A stretch of 64,000 nt of DNA from a virus. Taxonomy: Duplodnaviria > Caudoviricetes. The translations under genes and the position numbers were made by a program. The DNA is taken from the IMG/VR virus record IMGVR_UViG_3300031420_000495, positions 32,001 to 96,000 of that record, one strand, 5' to 3'. Shown here one piece after another: positions 47,775 to 56,148 of this stretch (position 1 is its first letter; each line of letters begins with the position of its first letter). The notes under the pieces are model-generated. The model did not search any database and was not told where the DNA came from. It worked only from the letters and a program-made list of their open reading frames with translations.

Positions 47775-48005
47775 ATGCCTCTATCTTCGCTTCCAGCAGT
47801 TACAGTCCGCCACGTCCAGACTGCTCCACAAGCAGTCTGGAGAATCGAGCATGGCCAAAACGGCTATCCGGTGGTGGACGTGTACACGACAGAAAATGGT
47901 TCTGTCCAAAAGATTATACCACTTCGTGTTGAGTATGTGGATGCGAATATCGTAAACATTTACTTTACAGCAGCACGAACTGGCTTTGCAACGGTGGTGG
48001 TCTAA
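47775..48005 (+). CDS. Small single-domain paralog of the H.Q...W.I.H family
   Basis: RHVQTAPQAVWRIEHGQNGYPVVDV. Confidence 0.75.
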   Translation: MPLSSLPAVTVRHVQTAPQAVWRIEHGQNGYPVVDVYTTENGSVQKIIPLRVEYVDANIVNIYFTAARTGFATVVV

Positions 48006-48919
48006 TGAGTTCATACATTCACAAACAAACGCAGTCCAGCACTAACTGGTCAATCACACACAATCTCAACGGCTATCCGTTGACTGATGTCCTGGTCAAC
48101 ATAACTGGTCGTGTGATGAAGGTTTTGCCGAAGGCAGTTGAATACGTAGATGCAAACACCGTGCGTGTTACATTCTCCGAACCGCAGACTGGCACAGTTC
48201 GTCTGTTCGCGCAAGGCGCAAATGCCATCGATCTAGTGAACGTTGTCGCACCTGTCGCACCTGAAGGTACGCAGCCAGTTGCCGTTAAAGTCGAAGAACC
48301 ATATTGGAGCAATGTTAGTTCGTTGATCCACATGGAAGACGGCGCGGTGACTGATGACAAAAATAACACTGTCACTCTAAAGGGTGGGGCAACAATCTCG
48401 ACTGCAGATTCCCGATTCGGCACGTCAAGCCTGTATCTGCCTGGTGACAACAGGGCAAAGCTTTTGGTTTCTGATTCGCCTGGTTTGGCATTCGGCACAG
48501 GTGATTTCACAATCGAAATGTTTATCAAACCTGTAGGGCAACAAGCATCTATTGCAGGTTTGTTCTATCAGCGTACGTCAAACAATCTCGTGTTCTGTCT
48601 TTACAATGGTAAATTGGCACTGTGGAATGGTACATTCTATTCGTCAATTATCGATGTTCCTTTGGATGTTTGGTCGCACGTTGCTGTTTCGCGTGTTAAC
48701 GGTGTCTTGAAGTTCTTCATAAATGGCGAACTATCAGGTACAGCACAAGACAGCACCAACTATACGCAGAACAATGGACCAACTACGATTGGTAGTGATA
48801 CTGGCGATTTCAACCAACCGTTCAAGGGTTACATTGACGAAATTCGTGTGACAAATAATGTTGCTCGCTATACTGGAACATTTACACCACCTACAGAAGC
48901 ATTTAGTCAGTATCAATAA
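48005..48919 (+). CDS. LamG/concanavalin-like receptor-binding protein
   Basis: FGTGDFTIE.FI...W.HVAV.R.NG..KFFING...GYIDEIRVT..VARY; N-terminal H.Q...W.I.HNL adaptor domain. Confidence 0.85.
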   Translation: MSSYIHKQTQSSTNWSITHNLNGYPLTDVLVNITGRVMKVLPKAVEYVDANTVRVTFSEPQTGTVRLFAQGANAIDLVNVVAPVAPEGTQPVAVKVEEPYWSNVSSLIHMEDGAVTDDKNNTVTLKGGATISTADSRFGTSSLYLPGDNRAKLLVSDSPGLAFGTGDFTIEMFIKPVGQQASIAGLFYQRTSNNLVFCLYNGKLALWNGTFYSSIIDVPLDVWSHVAVSRVNGVLKFFINGELSGTAQDSTNYTQNNGPTTIGSDTGDFNQPFKGYIDEIRVTNNVARYTGTFTPPTEAFSQYQ

Positions 48920-48935
48920 ACAAAAGGAGAAATAT

Positions 48936-49352
48936 ATGGCAGCATTCCTCAGCCTAATTGGTGGTATCAGAGGCATTGCTGTAATTGCTCTGCTCCTCGC
49001 ACTGGGTGGATGGGCATTCACCCAGAAGCGACACGTTGAACAAGCTGAACTCGCTCGCGACCAAGCAATTGCGCAGCGGGATCAAGCTGCTGTTGAGCGG
49101 GACAAAGCAATTGCTGCAGCGCAAGTAAACGACGCGACAATCAAGCGATTGGAACAAGAGAAAAAGGACATCAACGATGCGCTAAATACTCTTGCGTCGG
49201 CTAAAGAAACAAATCGAGAAAATACCGTTACACGCGAAGTTATCATCCAGAACCAGGCAAATGTCCCAGCAAATTCGGCACAGGCAGCTCCTGTGCTTGG
49301 GTCAATCATCGCTGAAGTTCAGGCGGATCGTGTTCGTCGGCGCGCTCAATAA
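48936..49352 (+). CDS. Inner-membrane spanin (Rz-like)
   Basis: N-terminal transmembrane helix then a long coiled coil; SD AAGGAG; directly upstream of a lipoprotein. Confidence 0.7.
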   Translation: MAAFLSLIGGIRGIAVIALLLALGGWAFTQKRHVEQAELARDQAIAQRDQAAVERDKAIAAAQVNDATIKRLEQEKKDINDALNTLASAKETNRENTVTREVIIQNQANVPANSAQAAPVLGSIIAEVQADRVRRRAQ

Positions 49353-49370
49353 TAACGCACCGAGGGTCAT

Positions 49371-49820
49371 ATGAAATTTATACTTATACTAGCCGCAGCG
49401 CTTGCAATGACAGGCTGCGCAACAGGAAACGGATTCACCAACACAGAAGTTGTTACTGCCAACCAATACGTTGTGCGGACGGCACCTGATGCTTTGAAGA
49501 CTCTGCCTCCACTGCCGCCTGCAATCGCAAACCCAAAGACTGCGACGAATACACAGGTTGCAACCTTTATCAATAACACCGAGCAGTACGTTGCCGATCT
49601 GGAATCGATGATCCAGACGCTGGTCAACTTCTACGAGAAACCGGTTACCACTGCCGAAGCTGGCACAATGCAACCGGTCACTCCACGTTCTCCAGCGACG
49701 CCAACCGGGTCACGTGTGATTCAGCCGCAGACGACCACAGCGAATGCTACGACGCCTGCACAGCCATCACGTTTCTCTACGGCTCTATCGAGGGCGCGTG
49801 CTGCACTTGTAGGAAAATAA
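49371..49820 (+). CDS. Outer-membrane lipoprotein spanin (Rz1-like)
   Basis: Lipobox AMTG-C at residue 16; Pro-rich mature part. Confidence 0.7.
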   Translation: MKFILILAAALAMTGCATGNGFTNTEVVTANQYVVRTAPDALKTLPPLPPAIANPKTATNTQVATFINNTEQYVADLESMIQTLVNFYEKPVTTAEAGTMQPVTPRSPATPTGSRVIQPQTTTANATTPAQPSRFSTALSRARAALVGK

Positions 49821-49823
49821 TAA

Positions 49824-51377
49824 ATGTCATGCTGTCCAGATGCACCTGAGATTACTGCTAGCGGATCGGGAGACGATGATGCAATCTCCCCATCGATGGA
49901 GATGGGTGCTGGCGAAAGTGTAGAGTGCTTTGTCCGTCGTGCCGGAGATTCAACCGGTTGGCTGGACGACAAAACGGAAGACGTGCCTGACAAGATCGCG
50001 AACACTGACATCCCGCTCATCAAGGGCACGGATGTCAATGTTACATTCAAGCTGACCCCGAACTCTACAAAAGAAGCAACCTCGTGGACATTCACGTGCG
50101 ATCCTCCATTGCCTGATGGAGTCACGTTCACAAATGGTGTTCTCAAAGGTTCATTCCCGAAAGACGTGTACGGCAAGAAGTTCAAGCTGACTGTCACCGC
50201 AGAGCCTGGAATCGATTCACGTTCGTTCATTTTCTCTCCAGCAAAAGCAACAGGATCGAATTCGATTTCGTTCATTCACCCGTTGCCTGGTTCCCACGTC
50301 ACTTCGAAGTTTGGTCCTCGCATTCCACCAAAGGCTGGAGCCAGCTCGCGTCATGGCGGAGTAGACTTCTCAGTCAAACCGAATCCACCGGCAGATGTTC
50401 TTGCAGCAGCCGATGGCGTCGTCAGTTTCCGTGGCACTATGACAGGTGGCGGAAATGTCCTGATGGTTCAACACTTCAATGCGGCTGGTCAACCACTCTG
50501 CTCGACTGTGTACATGCACTTGGCCGCATTCTACGTTGCGAAAGATCAACGAGTCGTTGCAGGACAGAAGATTGCAAAAGAAGGCAACACAGGTGTCGGC
50601 ACCGGTCCACACTTGCACTTCGAATGCAGGCTTCCAGATGGCACGAAGATCGATCCGCTTCCACTCATCAAGGGAACGATCAGTGTTGCAAAACAAGTCG
50701 ACGAGAATAACGAGGCTGTTGGTTCTTTCGACACGCAAACAAACAATGGCGCACTGACTGCAGAGAATGCTGGTGCGAAACAATCTGGCTGCGAACCATT
50801 CGGGCCTTCGTATCCTGCACCGAAGGGTGTCGGCATTGAAGCACCATCCGGCGATGCATTCGAGAAGGCTTGGTTCTTCACGATGAAACATGAGGTTGGA
50901 CCACACTGGACGGCAGAATTGCCTACAACTCCAGACGTTGCTGCAGGAAAAATAGATACAGAGATTCAGCGAAAGAACTGCGGGCTTGTTACAAAGGCAG
51001 GTTTCCCTGGTGGCGTAACGAAGTTTGGTATCGCGCAGAATCCCAATCCCGATCTGAAAGTCATGCTGATTGATTACGCGACTGCGAAGCAACGCGGATT
51101 CAACGGATACTGGAAAGGCGGACCGGCCGCAATCGAGAAAACAAAACCGAAAACGGCAATCATGTTGTTTGACATTTGCTTTTTGCATGGACCTGGTAAT
51201 GGTCGTAAAATGGCAGAGCGTGCAGGTATTGCTTCAATAGCAAGTGATGAAGAAGCGTACACTGCATTGTCAAGGGAACAACGGAAATTTATCTCAAGTC
51301 TCAACAACGCGGATCGCTATACAGGTTGGTTCACACGAAATGCCGATCTGCTTGCGTATGTTAAAGGAATATCATGA
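49824..51377 (+). CDS. Modular peptidoglycan hydrolase: Ig-like + M23 peptidase + GH108-like lysozyme
   Basis: M23 motifs HGGVD, YMHL and GPHLHFE; GH108-like HE...GG.TKFGI...YW...FD....GP. Confidence 0.85.
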   Translation: MSCCPDAPEITASGSGDDDAISPSMEMGAGESVECFVRRAGDSTGWLDDKTEDVPDKIANTDIPLIKGTDVNVTFKLTPNSTKEATSWTFTCDPPLPDGVTFTNGVLKGSFPKDVYGKKFKLTVTAEPGIDSRSFIFSPAKATGSNSISFIHPLPGSHVTSKFGPRIPPKAGASSRHGGVDFSVKPNPPADVLAAADGVVSFRGTMTGGGNVLMVQHFNAAGQPLCSTVYMHLAAFYVAKDQRVVAGQKIAKEGNTGVGTGPHLHFECRLPDGTKIDPLPLIKGTISVAKQVDENNEAVGSFDTQTNNGALTAENAGAKQSGCEPFGPSYPAPKGVGIEAPSGDAFEKAWFFTMKHEVGPHWTAELPTTPDVAAGKIDTEIQRKNCGLVTKAGFPGGVTKFGIAQNPNPDLKVMLIDYATAKQRGFNGYWKGGPAAIEKTKPKTAIMLFDICFLHGPGNGRKMAERAGIASIASDEEAYTALSREQRKFISSLNNADRYTGWFTRNADLLAYVKGIS

Positions 51378-51991
51378 CAACGAAATTTATGACCGCAAAG
51401 ACGGTCAAGCTGCCAATGCTATCTGTCGATTATGAGACAGGGCGAAGCATGATAAAGAGCGGTGACATTGTAAGCTTTTACACGTCACACGAAGAAACTG
51501 TTCTGCACAGGTTCACGACAGAACCTATTCTCTGGTTCACTGGCTCGAGGATTTATCACACTGGCGTTGCTATTTGGGTTCGCATCGCTGGTGAAGATCG
51601 CCTGATGCTTTGCGAAGCAGTAGGTGTTGGACGACGCATTGTGAATATGTCGAAGTTCAAAGATCACAAGATGGAAGTTCATCAACGCCCTGACGATGTG
51701 CAGCAGCTCAGGGTAGAAGCATTCATGATGGACGGTATCGGCCAAGGGTATGCGTTTGGCACACTGATTACGATCGGTCTGAAAGAATGGGCTGGATACG
51801 ATCCGAAGCCTACGCCAAACAACAAGCGCGTTTGTTCACAGGTCGCAGCTGAATCCTGGGAATACGCGGGCATGCAGTTCGATACGACAGTCATCAGCCC
51901 TGGCAAACTGCGCAACACACTGATTGCGAAAGGCGTACCGACATTTGTCATCAACGCCAACAACGGCGAAGTCGGACCGAACGATTTCTAA
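51374..51991 (+). CDS. Permuted papain-like amidase (YiiX/YaeF family)
   Basis: SGDIV.F...YHTG.A...CSQVAA..W..AG...SPG.L. Confidence 0.75.
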   Translation: MTTKFMTAKTVKLPMLSVDYETGRSMIKSGDIVSFYTSHEETVLHRFTTEPILWFTGSRIYHTGVAIWVRIAGEDRLMLCEAVGVGRRIVNMSKFKDHKMEVHQRPDDVQQLRVEAFMMDGIGQGYAFGTLITIGLKEWAGYDPKPTPNNKRVCSQVAAESWEYAGMQFDTTVISPGKLRNTLIAKGVPTFVINANNGEVGPNDF

Positions 51992-52192
51992 AGGGTTGTT
52001 TTGAAGTCTGTGATTAGATCGAGTGGGCCTGCAACACGGGCCCACAGTCGTCCGTCCTTCAGGAAGAACTGCGTATATAATCCGGCCTTCGAGGCATCCG
52101 ACACAAACGTCATCGGATTCTCAGGCAATCTGGCGTCAAGATCAATCTCGAACTGCGAGCTGATCCCATAAGTTGGGAAGGTCTGCATACAG

Positions 52193-52200
52193 TATTTATA
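52193..52200 (-). promoter_or_regulatory. Perfect T4 late consensus TATAAATA
   Basis: Points leftwards towards a doubtful small ORF (52188-51988). Confidence 0.4.
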
Positions 52201-52212
52201 GGAAGTTGCACC

Positions 52213-53157
52213 ATGCAAATCTGTCTTAATTCTCCGCTACCATCATTTGATTCGATCATGGCATCGTTCAAACCGTTGATGACTTGGCCACCAAAGTTTC
52301 CGGCGTTCCCGTCTCTGCCGAAGATGATGTTCCCGAGCTTGCCATCGCCTTTGTTCCCGTCGTTCCACGTGCCGAACTTCGAGTTGATGCTTCACGCACT
52401 TGAACTGCAGGCATTCCAATTGCAGACAACAATCTTCGGAATGATTAAACCGATGCTGGACAAACTCGGCATTGCGATTTCATCTTTCCTCCCGAAGATT
52501 CCTGGACTTCCGAATCTGAACTTGTTGGACCTGCTTTCTGGCAGCGTAGACAAGATTATTGCCGCAGTGAAAGCTGCGATCGCAAACGGATTCCATTTGC
52601 CTGGTTTGCCATCCCCGTTGTTCGCCACGCTAAAGATTCCAGAGTTCGAAGTCATTCAGACGATGCAGATTCTCATCTCGAACTACATGGGAATGGTAGC
52701 ACGGTTGATTCCGGATTTGATCGGGCAGATCACGAAGAAATTCAAGCTGCCAGGTCTTCCAGCAATGCCAACACTTCCTAGCATCGGCGACATCATTGCG
52801 AAGATTCCATCAGTGCCTGACATCAAGGCGAAGATCATGGATGCGCTGGGTAATTTTGACATCATGGGCTTCATGTCCAAGATCACATTCCCTGGACTCC
52901 CAGCATTGCCGTCAATTCCGTTGCCAATGATGTTCTCATTCAAGATGCCGGACATCGAATTCAATCTGTCGCTAAACCTGCTATACAACCATCTTACCAC
53001 AGGTTTTCTGAAGCCGATCATGGATTTTCTTTTGAAGACTGTGAGCAAAGTGGTATCATTTACATTCCCGAAACTTTGCGCGAATATCCCTGTTCCTGAA
53101 ACGCCAGCTATTCCGGCGATAGAAATACCTCAGGTAAAGATACCACCGATCAAGTAA
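52213..53157 (+). CDS. Pro/hydrophobic-repeat protein (LPGLP.P repeats)
   Basis: 314 aa in about three segments, each with (F/L)P.LP.P(L/M)F....P.(F/I)E; SD AGGA. Confidence 0.75.
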   Translation: MQICLNSPLPSFDSIMASFKPLMTWPPKFPAFPSLPKMMFPSLPSPLFPSFHVPNFELMLHALELQAFQLQTTIFGMIKPMLDKLGIAISSFLPKIPGLPNLNLLDLLSGSVDKIIAAVKAAIANGFHLPGLPSPLFATLKIPEFEVIQTMQILISNYMGMVARLIPDLIGQITKKFKLPGLPAMPTLPSIGDIIAKIPSVPDIKAKIMDALGNFDIMGFMSKITFPGLPALPSIPLPMMFSFKMPDIEFNLSLNLLYNHLTTGFLKPIMDFLLKTVSKVVSFTFPKLCANIPVPETPAIPAIEIPQVKIPPIK

Positions 53158-53158
53158 A

Positions 53159-53194
53159 ACGCAGAAATAATAGCATTAGCTGACAAATAAGGAA
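53159..53194 (-). repeat. Dispersed intergenic element, copy 3
   Basis: Reverse complement reads ttccttatttgtCAGCTAATGCTATtatttctgcgt. Confidence 0.8.
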
Positions 53195-53214
53195 TGGTTA
53201 CACGAACCATTCCT
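53190..53214 (-). terminator. Hairpin at convergent gene ends (probable terminator)
   Basis: AGGAATGGTT-acacg-AACCATTCCT, followed by TATTT on the minus strand. Confidence 0.65.
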
Positions 53215-53842
53215 GATATGTGCCTGGGAAGTTTTCTGGTTGATACAGCCAGATACCGTCCTCGCCAAGTGTCAGCTTGATCCCGAACTTGATGACTTCT
53301 AGCGAGCCTACGAGCACAGGCGATACGGCGGTGATGAAGTGCGGACCGCCAGGGAACATGACCATAGTCCCCCGTTGCGGTACGAGTGAGAAGTTATACG
53401 CAGGAAATTCCAGCTTGCCGCCGTACACCTCAAAGCGAGGATCAAGCGGCACACCGCTTCCATAGTCCTTCAGCCAGACATAACCGACGAGGTCGATGTC
53501 TTTACGCTTCACCCATTTCTTGCGAACATACTCTGAGTTCTCGCAGCCGTGTGGTTCGCATGGCTTCTTCGGGTCCTCGAAGTACTGTTGGAAACGAGGC
53601 ACTTCCATGCCTTTGATCGTTCCGTTGTAACGGTCCTGAATGTCTTGACCTACTTCAAGAATCGCTTCTTGAATCAGCTGGGACCAACCAGAATCCTTAA
53701 TCAGGCGTTCGTTCTTAAACGGGTGTCCATTCTCGTCGACTGATGGTTCGCTGATACCGTACTCAGCGATGATCTTCTCGCATTTCGCAGGCGAAATGAA
53801 GTTTTCTACGACGTGGAAAGGGCTATGGATATTATCTGTCAT
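53198..53842 (-). CDS. 2OG-Fe(II) oxygenase-fold protein (prolyl-hydroxylase-like), atypical metal triad
   Basis: VVENFIS...C..I, YGG.LEFP, PQRG.MV.FP and V.PV..G pattern. Confidence 0.7.
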   Translation of the reverse strand: MTDNIHSPFHVVENFISPAKCEKIIAEYGISEPSVDENGHPFKNERLIKDSGWSQLIQEAILEVGQDIQDRYNGTIKGMEVPRFQQYFEDPKKPCEPHGCENSEYVRKKWVKRKDIDLVGYVWLKDYGSGVPLDPRFEVYGGKLEFPAYNFSLVPQRGTMVMFPGGPHFITAVSPVLVGSLEVIKFGIKLTLGEDGIWLYQPENFPGTYQEWFV

Positions 53843-53845
53843 ATA

Positions 53846-54451
53846 TTATTTCTTGAACATTGAACGAAGGTCTTTGCCGACCTTGAGAACAGCCTTGCCT
53901 TCCGATTCAACGATTGGAATTTCTAGTGAGGTACGGTGCTTGTCGACGAGAACCTCCACACGCTGCTCTGGCTTTTCAGCCGATGCTGGCCAGAACGAGA
54001 ACGAGCTTTCATTCAACGTGTACGTTGTCTTCGCGCCACGAGTCATTTTCTCTACGCAAAGAACCGACGTCTCGCTATTGTGAGTGACCGCTTCAATGAG
54101 TTCGCCGTCGACCTTGACTGGGCCGAGGGATTCAAAGTTGAAGTCGTCACCACCGAGGTCGGCAGTATCGTCGTCGAATCCAGACGCATCCGGATCGGTT
54201 TCATCGTCAGTTGTTGTATCGTCATCATCCGTGCTCGTATCTTCGTCCGGGGAATCTGGACCTGGTTGATACGCATATCCTGGGCCAAAGCCATAAGCGT
54301 TCGGGCCCATCAGACCGAGCACAATATGCAGCAGGGTTTTCGGAGTTGGTTCTTCGGTGTCCACATCGTGGCCAGCCGCTTTCAGCATCTTGACCGCGTC
54401 CTTGACGTCCGCGTCAGCATCTGCTGGTGCAATGATTACAATCTTTGCCAT
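53846..54451 (-). CDS. Hypothetical protein with acidic linker (MAKIVIIAP...)
   Basis: 201 aa; SD AAGGA. Confidence 0.75.
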   Translation of the reverse strand: MAKIVIIAPADADADVKDAVKMLKAAGHDVDTEEPTPKTLLHIVLGLMGPNAYGFGPGYAYQPGPDSPDEDTSTDDDDTTTDDETDPDASGFDDDTADLGGDDFNFESLGPVKVDGELIEAVTHNSETSVLCVEKMTRGAKTTYTLNESSFSFWPASAEKPEQRVEVLVDKHRTSLEIPIVESEGKAVLKVGKDLRSMFKK

Positions 54452-54461
54452 GTTGTTTTCC

Positions 54462-54878
54462 TTATTTGAGGCCGGCAAGGGCTTTGAAACGTTCTTTCGT
54501 TGCGTTGATCAACGGAGCCTGCGCTTCAACAATTGAAATTGGAGTTGTCATCTTCGCATCATTCGCCATCTTCATCTTGTCGACACCGATGCGTTTGACG
54601 ACCTGGTGCGTGCTTGTTGAGCCTGTTACTGGATCAGTGCAGCTGACAGAAAAGACAACATCGAACGAGACAATCGCATTGCCTGGTTCGGTGTTCACTG
54701 GGGTGATGTTGTTTGCGTAGACATAAACCATGTCTGGGGTCATCTCGTTGCTTGGCACAGGGTTCGAGATGGTAACGTCGTCCATGCCTGTAGCTTCTGG
54801 CGGAAGTTCTGGAACAGCTTGCATATCCGATGCTGGAGCGGCGAATGCCACATCCATTTCGTTTGTTGGTGAAGTCAT
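54462..54878 (-). CDS. Hypothetical protein ending RFKALAGLK
   Basis: 138 aa; SD GGAG; late promoter upstream. Confidence 0.75.
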   Translation of the reverse strand: MTSPTNEMDVAFAAPASDMQAVPELPPEATGMDDVTISNPVPSNEMTPDMVYVYANNITPVNTEPGNAIVSFDVVFSVSCTDPVTGSTSTHQVVKRIGVDKMKMANDAKMTTPISIVEAQAPLINATKERFKALAGLK

Positions 54879-54901
54879 GTTATCTCCGATAATTGATCAC
54901 C

Positions 54902-54909
54902 TATTTATG
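54902..54909 (-). promoter_or_regulatory. Late promoter CATAAATA overlapping the exonuclease stop
   Basis: Upstream of ATG 54878. Confidence 0.65.
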
Positions 54910-55579
54910 CTTTTGCTAATACTGTCGTCCAATACTTGTTTACGCGAGTTTTGAGTTCTTCGCGGAGTTCATCCGTGAAATCGAACTTAAATTCTTGTGG
55001 GAAGCCTAAGTCAGAGACCATCAGAATGATTCCCTGCTGAATGTCGGTACCGAACATTTCATTGTGCGCTGTTCCGTAAAACAGCAGCTGAAGTGCATAG
55101 TCGTGAATCTCGGCCTTGCCCTTGACACGCGAAGCAGTCTTGAAGTCGACGATGACCGGCACGCCTTTGTATTTGCCAACCAGGTCGCATCGCCCAGCGA
55201 CTTCGAGCGATGTCGAATACAGCGGAACTTCCTGTCCCCAGATTTCGTCGATCTTGTCGAGCTTCAACTTGAGTGCGTTGAACGAAGCCATGTCTGGACC
55301 CGGAACAGGTTGACCGTTAATGGGCGCATCGACCTTTTCTTTCTTCAGGTAACGTTCAGCCAATAGGTGGACGTTTGTTCCGCGGTCGGTTGCTTTCTTG
55401 GTAACAGCTGCAGCCTTTGCGTGACCGAGAGATGTCCTCCAGCTTTCGAGGGACTTGGTCTTTTCTGGAGGTTCAGTTCCGCCGAGCACTGTCGTGATGG
55501 ATGGAAATGATCCGATGGGTGTGTCGTACCAGCGGCCACCAAAAGCGGTCTGCGTGGTCATGTCTTCGTATGTAAACAT
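54905..55579 (-). CDS. PD-(D/E)xK exonuclease (lambda-exo/Cas4-like phage family)
   Basis: PSITTVL...RGT.VH..AE.Y...E..LYS....AGRCD.......I.DFKT. Confidence 0.85.
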   Translation of the reverse strand: MFTYEDMTTQTAFGGRWYDTPIGSFPSITTVLGGTEPPEKTKSLESWRTSLGHAKAAAVTKKATDRGTNVHLLAERYLKKEKVDAPINGQPVPGPDMASFNALKLKLDKIDEIWGQEVPLYSTSLEVAGRCDLVGKYKGVPVIVDFKTASRVKGKAEIHDYALQLLFYGTAHNEMFGTDIQQGIILMVSDLGFPQEFKFDFTDELREELKTRVNKYWTTVLAKA

Positions 55580-56148
55580 TATTTGTCTTTGGTAAGTAAA
55601 TCGAGCATGAACTGCCCTTCAGCCTCACTGGTGATTGGAACAGCGTAATACGCTTTGCATCCAATCATGATTTCGTTTCCGGACTTGATGGCATCATCCA
55701 TTTCGCTGTCTTGATAACCAGCAGTGTCAAGTTCGCTTGCAACTTCATCAGGATCGACGTTGTGCATCAGGTGGAAAAGATCGCCAACATCATTTGACCA
55801 TACGAATGGGAACGCACCAATCGGGAAAACAGCGAACGGTTTACCGTAGCTTCGTGCATCATCGAATTCGCCTGTTACAAATACACCTTGACTCCGTGCC
55901 TTGAATCCGAAATTCTCGTTGAACCAATTGTCAATCGCTGTGGAAACTTCTGGCGGCATATTGCGTGGCCGACGATCCTGACGAACCGATTGCTTGAACG
56001 ACCTGTTTGGTTTTCCAGTCATTCCGCGATACAACAAACCTGATGGCTTAGTATCCAGAAATATCTTGCAGTCACGTTTGATAAGATCAACGATTTCAGA
56101 GTTGCCGTACGTCTCTTGTTCGTCTTCTAGCAGTTCTATTATTTTCAT
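55579..56148 (-). CDS. ART-fold-like protein, paralog B, leader MKIIELLED
   Basis: LYRG...RS..VF.TG...A..YG..AVFP.G.F.FVWS...NEIM. Confidence 0.6.
   Translation of the reverse strand: MKIIELLEDEQETYGNSEIVDLIKRDCKIFLDTKPSGLLYRGMTGKPNRSFKQSVRQDRRPRNMPPEVSTAIDNWFNENFGFKARSQGVFVTGEFDDARSYGKPFAVFPIGAFPFVWSNDVGDLFHLMHNVDPDEVASELDTAGYQDSEMDDAIKSGNEIMIGCKAYYAVPITSEAEGQFMLDLLTKDK

Noticed and set aside
51988-52218. Small minus-strand ORF (MQTFPTYG...) just behind a perfect TATAAATA, possibly leaderless
   Set aside because: ATG 52188 is only 4 nt from the promoter element, there is no SD, it is the only TAG-ending candidate and it has no recognisable motif. Kept only as a possibility.
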